Of a DNA stretch of 64,000 bases, positions 1 through 14,104 are shown in pieces. The position numbers and the translations under genes were made by a program. Position 1 is the stretch's first letter; each line of letters starts with the position of its first letter. The stretch is from NCBI RefSeq assembly GCF_041248615.1, contig NZ_CP158426.1; one strand, 5' to 3'. The notes beneath the pieces were generated by a model, which worked only from the letters and a program-made list of their open reading frames with translations, was not told the DNA's origin and did not search any database. The DNA comes from Escherichia coli. Lineage in GTDB: Bacteria; Pseudomonadota; Gammaproteobacteria; Enterobacterales; Enterobacteriaceae.

Positions 1-378
1 TTCAGCCAAATGAAAGCGGCGATTCGCGCTAACTACTCTAACCCACCAGCACACGGCGCTTCTGTTGTTGCCACCATCCTGAGCAACGATGCGTTACGTG
101 CGATTTGGGAACAAGAGCTGACTGATATGCGCCAGCGTATTCAGCGTATGCGTCAGTTGTTCGTCAATACGCTGCAGGAAAAAGGCGCAAACCGCGACTT
201 CAGCTTTATCATCAAACAGAACGGCATGTTCTCCTTCAGTGGTCTGACAAAAGAACAAGTGCTGCGTCTGCGCGAAGAGTTTGGCGTGTATGCTGTTGCT
301 TCTGGTCGTGTGAACGTAGCCGGGATGACACCAGATAACATGGCTCCGCTGTGCGAAGCGATTGTGGCAGTGCTGTAA
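1..378 (+). CDS. aspC: aspartate aminotransferase, C-terminal part (5' end outside window)
   Basis: ORF in frame from position 1 to stop at 378; C-terminal sequence recognised as AspC; synteny with ycbL/ycbK downstream as in K-12. Confidence 0.85.
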   Translation, partial: FSQMKAAIRANYSNPPAHGASVVATILSNDALRAIWEQELTDMRQRIQRMRQLFVNTLQEKGANRDFSFIIKQNGMFSFSGLTKEQVLRLREEFGVYAVASGRVNVAGMTPDNMAPLCEAIVAVL

Positions 379-391
379 GCGTTAAAAACAA

Positions 392-421
392 TGAAGCCCG
401 CTTAAAAAGCGGGCTTTTTTA
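392..421. terminator. rho-independent hairpin between convergent aspC and ycbL
   Basis: GC stem gaagcccgc / gcgggcttc with T-run (aagcccgcttaaaaagcgggctttttt) immediately after aspC stop. Confidence 0.7.
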
Positions 422-428
422 TGCGCCT

Positions 429-1076
429 TTACCAGACGGGCATTTCGTCTTGCAGGAAGGGATTATGCAGGCGCTCATAACCAAGTGTGGATAATGGTCC
501 GTGACCCGGAATAAATGTCACGTCATCCCCCAGTGGCAGCAACTTATCTTTGATTGAAGAAATCAGTTGATTATGATCGCCACGCGGGAAGTCACTGCGC
601 CCTACTCCGCCTTTGAAAATAACGTCGCCAGAAATCAGCAGCTTTGCCCGATCATCAAAAAACACGACATGACCCGGCGTATGCCCAGGGCAATGTAACA
701 CCTGTAAAGCCACATTCCCTATGCTGATGGTATCGCCTTCGTTCAGCCAACGATCCGGCGTCAGCGGCTGGCACTCTTCCAGACCAAACATACGACTTTG
801 CGCAGGCAAGCCTTGCAGCCAGAACTCATCTTCTTTTTCCGGGCCAAAAACCGGCACGCCGTAATGTTGCGCCAGTTCCGCCGCTGCACCAACGTGGTCC
901 AGATGACCATGCGTCAGCAGGATCTGCATCAGTGTCAGGCCGCTGGCGTCAACTTCCTGTTTGATTTTTTCCGCATCGCCGCCAGGATCGACCAGTGCGG
1001 CCAGTCGGGTTTGTTCACACCAGATCAATGAACAGTTCTGGGAGAATGCGGTGACCGGAATAATACGATAGTTCAT
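429..1076 (-). CDS. ycbL: metallo-beta-lactamase fold hydrolase (hydroxyacylglutathione hydrolase GloC/YcbL)
   Basis: 215 aa ORF with [10 protein letters not shown] metal-binding motif; synteny. Confidence 0.85.
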   Translation of the reverse strand: MNYRIIPVTAFSQNCSLIWCEQTRLAALVDPGGDAEKIKQEVDASGLTLMQILLTHGHLDHVGAAAELAQHYGVPVFGPEKEDEFWLQGLPAQSRMFGLEECQPLTPDRWLNEGDTISIGNVALQVLHCPGHTPGHVVFFDDRAKLLISGDVIFKGGVGRSDFPRGDHNQLISSIKDKLLPLGDDVTFIPGHGPLSTLGYERLHNPFLQDEMPVW

Positions 1077-1102
1077 ACTGCCCCTGTTTCGTTAAGCAAT
1101 TA

Positions 1103-1651
1103 CTACCAGTGCCGTGCTGGCCCGGTATCAATATGCACAAAGTTACTACGTGGGTAATATCCTACACCACCTGCGCGCATAGATAACGCGGCTTTGCGAA
1201 TATTGCTTAACGCGATACCTTCAATATGGAAATCCATCGCCTGCCCTTTCGTGTGATAGCTTTTCTTCGCTACTCCACGGCTGCGGGCGCGTAGTTCATT
1301 GTTGGTATCAATGGAGCGATAACCGGAAATGAGTTGCACCGGTTTGCGGGTGCCTAACAACCCTTGCAGGCGATACAACTGATCGAATAATCCTGGGTCG
1401 ATGGACTTTATTTTGTTCGCGCGATAATCGCGGAAAAAATGGTTAAGTTTTGCCAATTCTTCCTGAATATAGCCTCTGCCATCGAAAAACTCCGCTTTGA
1501 TTGACTCTCCGGTATGAAGATTATTGAGTGTCAAAATGCGCGGGCGTGGGGTAGAGAGTGTTGCAAACGCAGGGGTCGGCAGGATGGCGGCACCGAGTGC
1601 AACGCCACCAAGCGCCAGCAGTTTGCGGCGATTAGCGTCGAATTTGTCCAT
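1103..1651 (-). CDS. mepK: peptidase M15-family murein endopeptidase MepK/YcbK with Tat-type signal
   Basis: ORF 1103-1660; start set at MDKFDANRRKLLALGG (twin-arginine-like leader); synteny. Confidence 0.8.
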   Translation of the reverse strand: MDKFDANRRKLLALGGVALGAAILPTPAFATLSTPRPRILTLNNLHTGESIKAEFFDGRGYIQEELAKLNHFFRDYRANKIKSIDPGLFDQLYRLQGLLGTRKPVQLISGYRSIDTNNELRARSRGVAKKSYHTKGQAMDFHIEGIALSNIRKAALSMRAGGVGYYPRSNFVHIDTGPARHW

Positions 1652-1831
1652 GATAATCAAGTCTACAGGTCAATGTTATCGTTTATATGCACTTCTGGCG
1701 CACAAGAGGCACCTTAACCGTCAGTAAAGCTGACGTCAAGATGACTCAACCCCAGCAGTGACGGGGGCTGCAGAGAATCGCCCCCGATCATGCTAATTAT
1801 TACGACAACTGATTTCCCCGAACTGCTTCAT

Positions 1832-3679
1832 TTACCTGATTAATTGTTCCGCTTTCGATACGATTTGCGAGCTGGATCGCGCAGGCAGATCATAATTGTA
1901 AATATCTGTACGATACTGGGTACGACCATCTGCACCAACAAATGCCGTCAGGTAGTAGAGATTTACCGGAATCGACTGCCGAATATTGACGTAACGCGTA
2001 TCACCCTGCTTCAGCGCATCAGAAATACGTTTGTCATTCCAGCCTGCATCCTGCAACAGCATATTCGCCAGATCGGAAGCTTTATTCACTCGTACACAGC
2101 CTGAGCTCAATGCGCGTGTATCACGCTTGAACAGATTGTGGTTCGGCGTGTCATGCAAATAAATGGCCTCTGAACTCGGCATATTGAATTTATAGCGCCC
2201 CAGCGAGTTCCGCGGGCCTGGAGCCTGCTGGAAGCGAAACGGTAAATTTGAGGCCGTGATTGTAGACCAGTCAACCTGCCATGGGTCAATCGCTTCTCTG
2301 CTGTTCCAGCCGCGCATCACCGTATAGCCATGGCTTTCGAGATATCCCGGATCGTTGCGCACTTTCGGCAGAATATCTTTGCGTGCCAGAGTTGGTGGTA
2401 CGTTCCACGGCGGGTTTACCACTACGTTGTTAAGTGCACTACTCATCATCGGCGTTTTGCGATCGGGGCGACCGACAATGACTCGCGAATCCAGCACCTG
2501 ATTGCCGTTCTGATAGTAGACCAGCGAATAGGCTGGAATGTTAACCATAATCCCGGTAGAAAGCTCTGTTGGCAGCAAGCGCAATCGCTGGATGTTGAGT
2601 GCCAACACGCCAGCACGCTGGGCGGGCGTTACGTTTAACCAGTCACGCGTTGCCGGGCCAATAGCGCCATCTGCTCCCAATCCTTGCCATGCCTGAAAAC
2701 GTTTAACGGCTTCCACCAGTTCATTATCGTAGGCGGCACGAACGGCAGGCGCAGGTTTACTACGAGACGTCGTTTGCTTGTCCATCGGCTTAGTTTCTGC
2801 TGTTTCAACAGTAACAGCGGATGGGCTGACTACCGTGTCAGTTGGCGTGTCATCGCCAGGTAGAGTAATTTTCGGCCCCCCGTCCAACATGCCTGTACGC
2901 TGCAATATTTCGCGCAACGCCGGTACGTCGTTACTCCACTGCCCTGGGCGCAACGTTGCTTTGCCGGTCAGTTGGGGCCACGGTTTGGTGTCACTGAGTA
3001 AGGCCAGTAACGATTCATGCATCGCTGCATATTGCGGATGCTGCGGTGCCAGACCTGCAACAAACGTCGGCAATTGACCTTTATCCAGCGCCAGTTGCCA
3101 TTGGTTAATCACCGAGAGCGGCGGCGTTGAAAGCGCATAAGGTTTACTGCTATATAGCCAGCGAGTGCCTTTGACCGGAATATTTGCAATGAAATGGAGA
3201 TAGCCCATCATCGCATCAGAGAGCACGACGTCGCGTGCCATCCCGTTAACACCAGGATCGGTCAGTAACTCTACCCATTTATTAAACTGCGGCTGGAAAC
3301 CGGCAATCGCCACCTCTGCCAGCTGTTGCTGGAAGGCTTTAACAGCATCACGGTTTTCCCACATGGGTTGCATATCGCGTGCGGCATACAACAGTTGAAG
3401 CTGGTTAAGATAAACCGGCTTATAACCTGCGGGTAATTGAGATTCGATTTGCGTGCGGGCTTTTTCTGCCGCACCTTCAGGCAATGGCTGGATCCCCGCC
3501 ATTATTGCCGTGGCTTGCGCCTGCGGCAGTGCCTCGCCCTGTTCACTGACAGCCACCGGGCTGTCGCCAGGGATTACTTCAGGCTCATCGGCCTGCGCAT
3601 TGAACAGTGGAGCGAATGTTACGGCCAGGCACAAACTGATTGCCGACAGCCGACGACCACACATCATATTAAGCAACAT
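1832..3679 (-). CDS. ldtD: L,D-transpeptidase LdtD (YcbB)
   Basis: 615 aa ORF with signal peptide, recognised as YcbB; synteny. Confidence 0.85.
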   Translation of the reverse strand: MLLNMMCGRRLSAISLCLAVTFAPLFNAQADEPEVIPGDSPVAVSEQGEALPQAQATAIMAGIQPLPEGAAEKARTQIESQLPAGYKPVYLNQLQLLYAARDMQPMWENRDAVKAFQQQLAEVAIAGFQPQFNKWVELLTDPGVNGMARDVVLSDAMMGYLHFIANIPVKGTRWLYSSKPYALSTPPLSVINQWQLALDKGQLPTFVAGLAPQHPQYAAMHESLLALLSDTKPWPQLTGKATLRPGQWSNDVPALREILQRTGMLDGGPKITLPGDDTPTDTVVSPSAVTVETAETKPMDKQTTSRSKPAPAVRAAYDNELVEAVKRFQAWQGLGADGAIGPATRDWLNVTPAQRAGVLALNIQRLRLLPTELSTGIMVNIPAYSLVYYQNGNQVLDSRVIVGRPDRKTPMMSSALNNVVVNPPWNVPPTLARKDILPKVRNDPGYLESHGYTVMRGWNSREAIDPWQVDWSTITASNLPFRFQQAPGPRNSLGRYKFNMPSSEAIYLHDTPNHNLFKRDTRALSSGCVRVNKASDLANMLLQDAGWNDKRISDALKQGDTRYVNIRQSIPVNLYYLTAFVGADGRTQYRTDIYNYDLPARSSSQIVSKAEQLIR

Positions 3680-3909
3680 CCCTTGCCCCCTGTTTTTATC
3701 ATACTCTGAATAGCCAGGCTGTTATTTTACGACTTGCCTGTACAACGCCAATACTCACGAAAGTATGACGAGCAAGCCTGTTACTCATCAGGCTTATCTT
3801 CAGTATATAAACGCCGATACGTTTTTACATAACCTAATGTAAAGAAGTTTAAAGAAAAGCGCGCCGTAATGTGCCACTTTTTTAGTGCAGAAACGGAGTT
3901 TTCGGAAAA

Positions 3910-3936
3910 AGAAAAGGCGGCATTGCTGCCGCCTTC
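3910..3936 (-). terminator. rho-independent terminator downstream of mukB
   Basis: On minus strand aaggcggcagcaatgccgcctt followed by T-rich tract, directly after mukB stop. Confidence 0.6.
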
Positions 3937-3939
3937 ATT

Positions 3940-6900
3940 TTAACTCGCCTGGGAAGGCGCTTCGTCACTTCCTGGAAGCGTTTCAGGGAGTTGCGGCGCA
4001 AATCCTCGCAGGCCGACGACGTGAACGTGTTCGGTATTCTGGAAGACTTTACGCACCAGTTTATAGGTGGTGCCTTTTTCCGGACTGATATTTTCCGGCG
4101 CTGCGATGATGAGCTGCATTTGCAAACGTTCACACAATTCAAACAGCGTGGCGATAGAACGAGCATCCAGTCGCGCTGCTTCATCGAGGAACAGCAGGCG
4201 GCAAGGAGAGATATCTTTACCGCGCAGGCGGCGAGATTCATCTTCCCAGCTTTGTACCACCATCACCAGAATCGACATACCGGTACCAATCGCCTCACCG
4301 GTCGACAATGCGCCAGACTCTGCGCGCAACCAGCCATCGGAACCACGGTTAACCTCAACTTCCATTTCCAGATAGTTGCGGTAATCCAACAGTTCTTCAC
4401 CGATGGTCTGCGGCGTGCGCTGCCCCATATCAATCTGCGGATTAAGACGCTGATACAATTTCGCCAGCGCTTCCGAGAAGGTCAGACGGTTGCTGTTAAA
4501 CAGATCCTGATGCTGCTCGTGCTGTTCAGAGAGCACATCCAGCAGCATGGCGTGCGTTTCACGCACGTTCACGTTGAGGCGCACGCTGTTCACCTGACCA
4601 AACGATACGTTCTGCAACCCCTGGTTGAGCATACGGATACGGTTCTGCTCGCGCTGAATGGTTTTGCGAATGATGTTCGCCACGCTGCGGGAACTGATCG
4701 CCAGTTTCTGTTCACGGGAGGTTAACTCTTCGGTCAGACGGCTAAGTTCGATCTCCATCTGTTCGATAGCTTCCACCGGATCATCGGTACGAATAATATC
4801 CTGACGAATACGTTCACGCAGATGCTGATAAACCGCCACGAAGAACTGAATTTTACGCTCCGGACGTTTCGGATCTTCCGACATGCGCAGCACGTCGCGC
4901 AGATGTTCGTTATCCGCCACCGCCAGACGCAGCGCACCTAACGCCTTATCCGACATAGAGCGCAAATCATCAGCGGAGAGATAAGCCAGCTCACGACGGT
5001 GTAAGCGACGCTCAACGCCGTTATCTTTCACCATGCGCATGACTGCACACCAGCCCGCTTTCGCGGTCACTACCTGCTCGCGCATCTCAAAGTAATCACG
5101 CTCCAGCTTTCGCAGTTTGCGGGTCAGGTTGTCCATCTCCGCTTCGCAGAAGGTGAGCGCTTTTTCCAGTTGATTGCGGCGTGAACGGTTATTGCTCAGT
5201 TGCGCATGCAGCTCGTCACGGCGAATACGTGCCCGCTCTTCTGCCCCGCTATCAGCACGCACGCCGATATCCTGCAATTCACGTTGCAGATCGTTAAGTA
5301 GCTCTTTTTTGGTGTCATACGAACTTTTCAGCGAAGCCAGCACCTGGTTGTACTGACTCAACTGCGCTGCGTGTCCGCGCAACGCTTCACGCGCGCGGGT
5401 ACGCTCCGCTTCCGCCTGTTCCAGACGTTCACGCAGTTTTTCGTTGAGATCGCTGTTACCGCTCAGCATTTCTGCCGAGTCAGAGTAGCTAAAGTGCGCA
5501 CGACGCTGCACCACTTCCGTCAGGGCAAACGCCTGCTGACGGGCATCGCGCTGCATCTGCTGAGAGTACGCGTAATCTTCTTTTAACTGTTCGAACTGTT
5601 CCGGGTCGCTCTGCAATACCGAAACGATCGGTTCCAGTTTCGCCAGTTGATTGCCAAACTGCTGAACAAAACGCGCGGCTTCCTGGGCTTCATCCAGACG
5701 TTCGCGGATTTCATCGACGCGATCCGCCAGGCTGTCATCAGCCAACAGGTTTAGACGCGGCAGAATGCGGTTCAGCGCCGTAACACCCTCTTTCGCCTGC
5801 TCAAACTGAATACGCTGCTGCTGGTTATCATTTTCATGATTACTCAACGCCCGCTCCAGTTCGACGCGACGGCTGTTCAGTTGACGGATTTCGGCTTCCG
5901 GATCAGACTCAAACGCCACCGCCAGATGACTACCTATAAAGCGGCTGAATGCCTGATGCAGACGCTGGGTTTTCTGTACATCAAAGGAGAGCGTGGCGAA
6001 GCGTTCGGAAAGTACTTCACGCTCGGCATGGAGGCTTTCAATACGGCTTTCACGCGCAGCACGACCAAACAGCGGCACTTCCGGGAAACGTGAATAACGC
6101 CACTGACGATCGGCGATTTTCACCACTACCGCTTTTTCCAGCTCATCAACGCTGAACACGCTGTCATCGAATGACTGCGGATCCCCTTCGATCAAATAGA
6201 GATCTTCCGGGCAATCGGTCAAGCCTTCCAGGTGTTCGGTTACCTGTGACAGATCTGGCACCACGATGGCGTGGCGTGACGGGCCATACAGCGCCGAGAA
6301 GTACGGCGCATCTTCCAGACTCACGTCGTCATAAATTTCGGACAGCAGCACACCACCAAAACGCTCCGCCAGCGCATTCAAACGCTGGTCTTCAGAACCA
6401 CCTGGCTGGCTTAAACGTTCGATCTCTTCATCGACGGTGTTTTTGCGCGCGCCTACTTCATCGCGTTCAACAATGGCTTCGCGCTCACGCTCCAGCAACT
6501 GTTGCAGATATTCGGTGACATCCTGGCTGGAAGAGAACTCTTCGCCGCACTGTTCGCTCAACTGGTTGAGGCTGTTTTGCGCTGCCAGCCAAACCGGTGC
6601 ACGCTGCATCAAACTCTGAATGCGAGACTGCAGCTGTTCCTGTTCCTGGCGCAGTGCCATGCGCTCTTCACGGGCGTTAGACACGCTATCGGAAAGAGAG
6701 GCAATGCGTGCTTCCAGCTCCTGATGCAGAGCTTCCAGTTCATCAATATCAAAATTCTTGCCCTGACGTTTGCAGAAATCTGCCAGCAGGCGTTCGGCTT
6801 CTTGCTGCTCGCGCAGACGCTGTTCCAGTTCGCTTAAGCGCATCCGCAACGGTTGAACCTGCTCTGCCAGGTGACGCTGATCGACCCCTTCGCGCAATAG

Positions 6901-8400
6901 TTCGCGAGCGACATCCCACGCCTCGTTACGCGCCAGCGGGCCATTAATTGCCACCACCAGCTGATAAGCCTGCTCAAACTGGCTGTGTGCGGTTTGCGCC
7001 ATGCTCATTTTCTGCTCAAGAGAGAGCATTTTTTCAGTCGCTTCCAGTTCTTTCGCCTGGAAGGTTTCCAGCCATTCGGCGGCGCTGTCGGCGGTTAAGT
7101 CCGGCAGATGGCACAGTTCTTTGGCACGATTAAGCGCAGCAATCGCCTGGTTATACTGGATCGCGCGCGTTTGCTGGACGTCCAGCGCCTGCTGATAGTC
7201 AGCAAGCTGGCTTTTCAGCTCGTCCACTTCCAGTTCGGCAGCTTCCGCACGAGCCTCGTTCTCTTCCTGGCGTTCGATGGCTTCTGCCACCACTTCGTTT
7301 TGCTCTTCCAGACGGATCTGCAGCTCATCGAGATCCGCTTCGTAACGTTCGATCTTCTCCTGCTGACGCAGTGCGGTTTGCACCAGGTTCAGGTGATCGC
7401 TGGCCGCCTGATAATCCGCTTCCAGATCGCCTTCGGCACCGTTGTGCTCTGCCAGCTCACGCGCCATATCGACGTGTTTGTACTGCTCAGCCGCCAGTTG
7501 CTGACGCGAAGTGTGTAACTCGCGACGAAACTCCAGGGCTTTGTCGAGATGGACACGGCGCTCGTTGGCGTGACGCATGTAGTCCGCCGCCACGTAGTTG
7601 GTGGCTTCGCTGATCAGATGCTTAAACAGGTCACGGTCCGACTGGGTGACACGAATCGCTTCCAGCGTCATGCGGTTTTCGCGCAGCGCCGCTTCCATGT
7701 CCTGGAACGCTTTCCGCACGCCGCTGTTTTCCGGCAACAGGTAGTCGCGCAGAGAGCGCGTAATGGCGCTGGAGATCCCGCCGTACAGCGAAGCTTCGAT
7801 CAGACGATAGAATTTGCTACGGTCAGACGCTGAGCGCAGACGACGCGCGATGATGCCCAGATCGAACATCAGCGAGTGGTAATCGGTAATGGAGTTGAAC
7901 TGCTTAAACTGCACGCCTTCCATCGCCTCGAGCTTGTCTTTCAGCTCGTTCAGCGGCAGTACACGCGCCTGGCGTTCGTTGAGGGTTTCGGTCACCAGCT
8001 GCGTCGGCAGCACCGACATCGGCAGGCCCTGAATGGCAAACGGTTTGATATCGACTTTACGATCGCGTCCGGCAACCTGTTGCAGACGCACACCGACCAC
8101 CACACGCTGGTGGCGCGAGTTAATGGTGTCGAGCATCGAATAACAGACACCCGCTTTCAGCTTACCGTGCAGACCTTTATCGCGCGAACCGCTGGTGGCC
8201 CCGGCTTCCGTGGTGTTACGGAAATGCAGCAGGGTCAGGTCGGGGATCAGCGCCGTAACGAACGCCGCCATGGTGGTGGATTTACCCGCCCCGTTACCGC
8301 CGGAGAGCGTCGTAACCAGCTCATCGAGGTCAAAAGTTCGGGCAAAAAAGCCGTTCCAGTTAATCAGCGTCAGTGAGCGAAATTTACCGCGTTCAATCAT
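3940..8400 (-). CDS. mukB: chromosome partition protein MukB (SMC-like condensin)
   Basis: 1486 aa ORF; N-terminal Walker [10 protein letters not shown], long coiled-coil region; mukFEB synteny. Confidence 0.95.
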   Translation of the reverse strand: MIERGKFRSLTLINWNGFFARTFDLDELVTTLSGGNGAGKSTTMAAFVTALIPDLTLLHFRNTTEAGATSGSRDKGLHGKLKAGVCYSMLDTINSRHQRVVVGVRLQQVAGRDRKVDIKPFAIQGLPMSVLPTQLVTETLNERQARVLPLNELKDKLEAMEGVQFKQFNSITDYHSLMFDLGIIARRLRSASDRSKFYRLIEASLYGGISSAITRSLRDYLLPENSGVRKAFQDMEAALRENRMTLEAIRVTQSDRDLFKHLISEATNYVAADYMRHANERRVHLDKALEFRRELHTSRQQLAAEQYKHVDMARELAEHNGAEGDLEADYQAASDHLNLVQTALRQQEKIERYEADLDELQIRLEEQNEVVAEAIERQEENEARAEAAELEVDELKSQLADYQQALDVQQTRAIQYNQAIAALNRAKELCHLPDLTADSAAEWLETFQAKELEATEKMLSLEQKMSMAQTAHSQFEQAYQLVVAINGPLARNEAWDVARELLREGVDQRHLAEQVQPLRMRLSELEQRLREQQEAERLLADFCKRQGKNFDIDELEALHQELEARIASLSDSVSNAREERMALRQEQEQLQSRIQSLMQRAPVWLAAQNSLNQLSEQCGEEFSSSQDVTEYLQQLLEREREAIVERDEVGARKNTVDEEIERLSQPGGSEDQRLNALAERFGGVLLSEIYDDVSLEDAPYFSALYGPSRHAIVVPDLSQVTEHLEGLTDCPEDLYLIEGDPQSFDDSVFSVDELEKAVVVKIADRQWRYSRFPEVPLFGRAARESRIESLHAEREVLSERFATLSFDVQKTQRLHQAFSRFIGSHLAVAFESDPEAEIRQLNSRRVELERALSNHENDNQQQRIQFEQAKEGVTALNRILPRLNLLADDSLADRVDEIRERLDEAQEAARFVQQFGNQLAKLEPIVSVLQSDPEQFEQLKEDYAYSQQMQRDARQQAFALTEVVQRRAHFSYSDSAEMLSGNSDLNEKLRERLEQAEAERTRAREALRGHAAQLSQYNQVLASLKSSYDTKKELLNDLQRELQDIGVRADSGAEERARIRRDELHAQLSNNRSRRNQLEKALTFCEAEMDNLTRKLRKLERDYFEMREQVVTAKAGWCAVMRMVKDNGVERRLHRRELAYLSADDLRSMSDKALGALRLAVADNEHLRDVLRMSEDPKRPERKIQFFVAVYQHLRERIRQDIIRTDDPVEAIEQMEIELSRLTEELTSREQKLAISSRSVANIIRKTIQREQNRIRMLNQGLQNVSFGQVNSVRLNVNVRETHAMLLDVLSEQHEQHQDLFNSNRLTFSEALAKLYQRLNPQIDMGQRTPQTIGEELLDYRNYLEMEVEVNRGSDGWLRAESGALSTGEAIGTGMSILVMVVQSWEDESRRLRGKDISPCRLLFLDEAARLDARSIATLFELCERLQMQLIIAAPENISPEKGTTYKLVRKVFQNTEHVHVVGLRGFAPQLPETLPGSDEAPSQAS

Positions 8401-9104
8401 TATTCTTCCTCTCCGCTATCTGGCTGACTCTCTTCGGTTTCATCGTTGAGTTGCAGATGATTTTCAATCGGCATTGCTTCGCCATCACGAATCAGGCGAC
8501 GCTGTGCTTCACGGGGATCGTCGCCAGCACGCACATCGGCTCCGAAGCGGAACACCGATTCGGTAATGCGGAACTTGCTGCTGTCGTGGCCCATAAACCA
8601 CACCATACCCAAACGACGCAGACGGTTGAGCGAAGAACGTACTTTTTCCTGCAACTTCTGGCGGTCAACGTCTGAACCGGTTGAACGGTTGTTCACCAGT
8701 TTCAGCAGTTTCGCTTCATCGGCCAGGGTGAGCAGTTCGTCGTACAGTTCCTGCTGGGTGAAAATCCCCTCGTTCGCCAGCCGTTCCGGGCTGAGATAGA
8801 GATAACAGAGGATTTTCCCGACCATCATATCCAGTTCCGACAAGACGGAACGCGGGATAAGAGTGGTGGAACGTGGGCGTAAATAGAAGAACCCTTCCGG
8901 TGCACGAATAAGCTCAACGTTATAACGCGCGTAAAACTCTTCCAGATATTCCTGAAAATCCATCAGGAATGCATGATTATCCAGTTCGTCGAGGCCAATA
9001 TGGCGGCCTGAACGTAAGGCGCTGTCCAGCGCCGGAAATAACGGATTCGCCAGCGCCTGCGCCAGCTTAACCGGCATCACTTGTTCAATATTTGTCGATG
9101 ACAT
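8400..9104 (-). CDS. mukE: chromosome partition protein MukE
   Basis: ORF 8400-9131; start placed at MSSTNIEQ as in K-12; overlaps mukF 3' end. Confidence 0.9.
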
Positions 9105-10407
9105 GCGCCTGTACCTTGGCTCCGTAATCATTAATCGGCTGCCATTTCGCTGGCAGTCCGGTGAAATCTGCTTGCGCTACGCCAAGACGTACCGCCTGAT
9201 CAATAACAATGCGCGCAACGTCAAAGTGACGTGCACGCGGATACTGTGACAGATATTCGCGTACCACCAGACCAAGATCCAGCGGCACTTGTCTGGTTTT
9301 GTACACGGCAAGTTGTTCTTCGATGATAGCCGCCAGCTGTTCGCGGATCTCGTTAAACTCTTCGTACTCCAGATCCTCAGGAAGTTCCCCAGTCACTTCT
9401 TCATCGCGCAGTGCCATCTCTTCGTCACGCATATCCAGCAGACGATCAGCATTGGCATAAGTTAGCGCCCACGGCTCATCAAAATAGGTTTGTACCGACT
9501 GACGTAACCGCTGAGCAAAGACGCGGTTTTTATCCATATCGATCGCAGTACGAATAAATTTGTGTACGTGGCGGTCGTAGCCAATCCACAAGTCGATGGA
9601 TTGCTGGCCCCAGCTGATAATACGGTCGAGTTTGCTCTGCAGATCGAACACCAAACGATCGACAAAGTGCAGATCGTCATGGGTCATCGTCGCATCCTGA
9701 ATGCGCAACAGATTAGCCTGCAATTTGTCGCCTGCCGCTTCCAGCGTATCCTGCAATTCACGCAGCGTGCCGGAAGTTTCTGAAAGCAACAATTCACAGC
9801 TGGAAATCGCTGCCCGCCAGTCTTTGTTCAGCAACTGGGCGATATCGTCCTTCACCTGCTGCTGCTGTTCGTCCATCAGACGTTGCGTCAGGTCGATACT
9901 GTCGAAAATTTCTGCTACCGAATATTTCAGTGGCGCATAGACATTACGGTGCCAGTGAAATTCATCTCCGCCCTCTTCGGCGGCATCAGCTGCGCGTTTG
10001 AGTTCACCCGCCACAATCGACAACTGCATAGAAAGGCGCAGCGTAGAAAACTCGCGCTGACGGATGTAATAGTCAGTAATGCCGATGCCGAGCGGCGTCA
10101 GACGGTAAATTGCGTTCCCTTCCGCCTGCTCGCTGGTAAAGCGGTTCAGCAGACGTTGACGCACCATGTCGTTGATCGCGTTGTTGGCGCGCACGCCGAT
10201 GGTTTCGCTGGTTTGCTCAAACGCATCACTCACATGGCGGAATGCATCCACCAGCTCGCCTTCACTCATCTCACCATCCAGACGCTCGCCGTTCAGCGTG
10301 GCAACCGCCAGCAGAAAAGAGAGTCGGTCTACCGGCAGCGAGATGGAGAAGTCATTTTTTCTGGCCCAGGCAACCAGTTCGGGGACTGTCTGGGAAAATT
10401 CACTCAT
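9085..10407 (-). CDS. mukF: chromosome partition protein MukF (kleisin)
   Basis: 440 aa ORF recognised as MukF; 4-nt overlap with upstream smtA. Confidence 0.95.
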
Positions 10408-11189
10408 ACTTTATCCTTGCTCTGCGGTTTGCGCGCGGTGACATGAATATAACGCCCCAGGGTAATATACGGTTCCTGACGGCAATAACGCGTTTCTAAT
10501 TCAAGTAATACTTCATAGCAGTCGCGCTGCTGGTGCTTCTCGCGCAGATAATCATGAAACACGCGAACGCCTGTCTTACCCATAATTTGCCAACCAGCTT
10601 CTTCCAGCCACAGATAAACCTGCGCCGGGTCGCGTGGATAATCTGGCGAAAGCGTCCGTTTTTTCTTTTTCGGCATTCCCGCCTGCACGTAATCAAAATT
10701 CCCGGCGACCATGTTATGCATCAGCAAGCCGTGCGCATTGTAGAACATTAACGACAACACACCGCCTGGACGCAACACTGACCACAGGGTCTGTAATACG
10801 CTGCGGGGATCGGCCACCCACTCGAGCACCGCATGGAACAATATCAGATCAACGGGCGTTTCCAAATGCGAAGCAACATCCTGAGCGGCGCAATGTATAA
10901 ATTGCATGTTGTCGCTCACACCTTTTGCTTCTGCCGCCTGTTTTGCGCGGTCGATCATCTGCGCAGAAAGATCGCATAAAATGACCTGATGCCCACGCTC
11001 GGCCATTTTGATTGCGGTCTGCCCTTCTCCACCGCCAGCATCCAGCACACGCAGTTTTTGCGGGCCCATTTCCGCCAGCACGCGATCGAGATCCTGCCAC
11101 AGAATAGCCTGTCGAAGCTGCCCTTTGGTGGTGCCGTAAATGTTACGGGAAAACTTTTCCGCAATATCATCAAAATTGCGATCCTGCAT
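10404..11189 (-). CDS. cmoM: SAM-dependent methyltransferase SmtA/CmoM
   Basis: ORF 10404-11201; start placed at MQDRNFDD; SAM-binding motif LDAGGGEG; first gene of smtA-mukFEB. Confidence 0.85.
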
Positions 11190-11324
11190 TGCTTTCTCCA
11201 CCGGTTGGCTAAGACGTTTTCTGATAAAGACGCTATTTTGTCACAGCCACGGCGAGAATGAACCCGTCTGGTGTAATATCGCTGGCGATCCCTTGCTATA
11301 TGGTTAAAAAAGGAACCAGAAAGG

Positions 11325-12104
11325 ATGCTTTTTACACTGAAAAAAGTGATTGGCAATATGTTGCTGCCACTTCCGCTGATGTTGTTGATTATTGGCGCTG
11401 GCCTGGCGCTGCTGTGGTTTAGCCGTTTTCAAAAAACCGGGAAGATTTTTATTAGCATTGGGTGGCTGGCGCTCTTGTTATTGAGTTTGCAACCGGTAGC
11501 CGACCGCCTGCTGCGTCCCATCGAAAGCACCTATCCGACATGGAATAATTCGCAAAAAGTGGACTATATCGTGGTGCTCGGAGGTGGTTATACCTGGAAC
11601 CCGCAGTGGGCACCAAGCTCGAATTTAATCAATAACAGTCTGCCCCGCCTGAATGAAGGTATTCGCTTATGGCGCGAAAATCCGGGATCAAAACTGATCT
11701 TCACGGGAGGCGTAGCAAAAACCAATACGGTGAGTACAGCCGAAGTAGGTGCCCGAGTTGCGCAATCGCTGGGCGTGCCGCGCGAGCAAATTATCACTCT
11801 GGATTTGCCAAAAGATACCGAAGAAGAAGCTGCGGCAGTGAAACAGGCGATTGGTGACGCCCCTTTCCTGCTGGTGACATCCGCGTCTCATTTGCCGCGG
11901 GCGATGATCTTTTTTCAGCAGGAAGGGTTAAATCCGCTGCCAGCCCCGGCGAATCAGTTGGCCATCGACTCGCCGCTTAATCCGTGGGAACGGGCAATCC
12001 CTTCTCCGGTCTGGCTGATGCATAGCGATCGTGTTGGCTATGAAACGCTTGGCCGCATCTGGCAGTGGCTGAAAGGTCCGTCAGGCAAGCCACGGCAAGA
12101 GTGA
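11325..12104 (+). CDS. elyC: envelope biogenesis factor ElyC (YcbC), DUF218
   Basis: 259 aa ORF with N-terminal TM segments; synteny. Confidence 0.8.
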   Translation: MLFTLKKVIGNMLLPLPLMLLIIGAGLALLWFSRFQKTGKIFISIGWLALLLLSLQPVADRLLRPIESTYPTWNNSQKVDYIVVLGGGYTWNPQWAPSSNLINNSLPRLNEGIRLWRENPGSKLIFTGGVAKTNTVSTAEVGARVAQSLGVPREQIITLDLPKDTEEEAAAVKQAIGDAPFLLVTSASHLPRAMIFFQQEGLNPLPAPANQLAIDSPLNPWERAIPSPVWLMHSDRVGYETLGRIWQWLKGPSGKPRQE

Positions 12105-12974
12105 TTTTGATGCCAGATCGAAGTTGCGCCGACTAAATCGTCCGGTATTAACCAGTTGCGCAACTTCATCCCATAACACATACAACCAACGCCGCCAGAT
12201 GAACGACTCCGCCACTGGCGCGCGTTGCAGGTAGCTCCAGAGCAAATCTTCCGCCAGAGAATTATCCATTAGTCGGAACAGTTCGTATTCTCGCGGTGCC
12301 CAAAGCATTAGTCCCGGCCCGACCATCGCCAGTAACTGATCGCTGCGCGAATCTTTCAGCATGCTGCGTAAACAGAAGTTACCGTGAATCAGCACACAAT
12401 TGTCGTTAAAGCCTTCAAATAATGCCGGAAGACATTCGCGAGTACGAAACAGGATCCGCTTATCCTGCATCGTTAGACCGGTGTTATTGAACTGATTGAG
12501 CGTGGTCCATAGCACTTCAACATGTTGCCGGTACCATGAGGGCCAGAAATTTTCCTGAGTATTGTCGACCGCGCCGACGCAACCGCGACTGTCCTGACGG
12601 TGCCAGGCCAGTAAGGCTTCAACGATTTGATCTTTGAGCTGTTCCCAGCGTTCTGGTGTTCGGGCTGGTGCCTCCACCGAAACACCACGCATCCGCTCCA
12701 GTAGCAGGACATCGGGGCCGGGGTGTTCTTCATGCGTCATCACACCATAAATAGTCGGCATACGGACAGTTCCACTTCTTGCCAGCATGGTGGTTTTCCA
12801 TGCCAGTTGTCGGGCTTTTCCGGGCGTACTAAAGCTTCTTGCCATTAACGGCATTGGGTTTCCCTGGCTGTCATACAAAGCCCACAACGCCGTATCCGCT
12901 TTTTCATTGACGCACTCAATACGACTGAGTTTTTCGCCCAGTAAATGGCTTAATTCGGCACGCAGCTGTTCCAT
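12081..12974 (-). CDS. ycbJ: putative kinase-like protein YcbJ
   Basis: 297 aa ORF; synteny; 3' end overlaps elyC 3' end by 24 nt. Confidence 0.8.
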   Translation of the reverse strand: MEQLRAELSHLLGEKLSRIECVNEKADTALWALYDSQGNPMPLMARSFSTPGKARQLAWKTTMLARSGTVRMPTIYGVMTHEEHPGPDVLLLERMRGVSVEAPARTPERWEQLKDQIVEALLAWHRQDSRGCVGAVDNTQENFWPSWYRQHVEVLWTTLNQFNNTGLTMQDKRILFRTRECLPALFEGFNDNCVLIHGNFCLRSMLKDSRSDQLLAMVGPGLMLWAPREYELFRLMDNSLAEDLLWSYLQRAPVAESFIWRRWLYVLWDEVAQLVNTGRFSRRNFDLASKSLLPWLA

Positions 12975-13127
12975 TCAGATTACCCTCATAAAAGCTACTG
13001 CTTTCATAATGAGCGCCAATATAAAAGATGTCACCTGAATGAGATCAATTGTTGAAAAGAAAAATTGAGGAAAATCGTAACGGTACGACACTCCTCCCAA
13101 AATTGGCTGGAGTGTCGTGAAGTGAAA

Positions 13128-14053
<926 letters not shown>

Positions 14054-14104
14054 AGTTCCTCCAGATGGATCGGGTTATGAATGCATAAATCTTATCATAA
14101 TCAT

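Noticed and set aside
3991-8376. Multiple plus-strand ORFs of 60-244 aa inside mukB (for example 3991-4725, 7876-8376)
   Set aside because: All lie antisense within the mukB coding region; R/Q/L-rich translations typical of reverse-strand reading of a coiled-coil gene.
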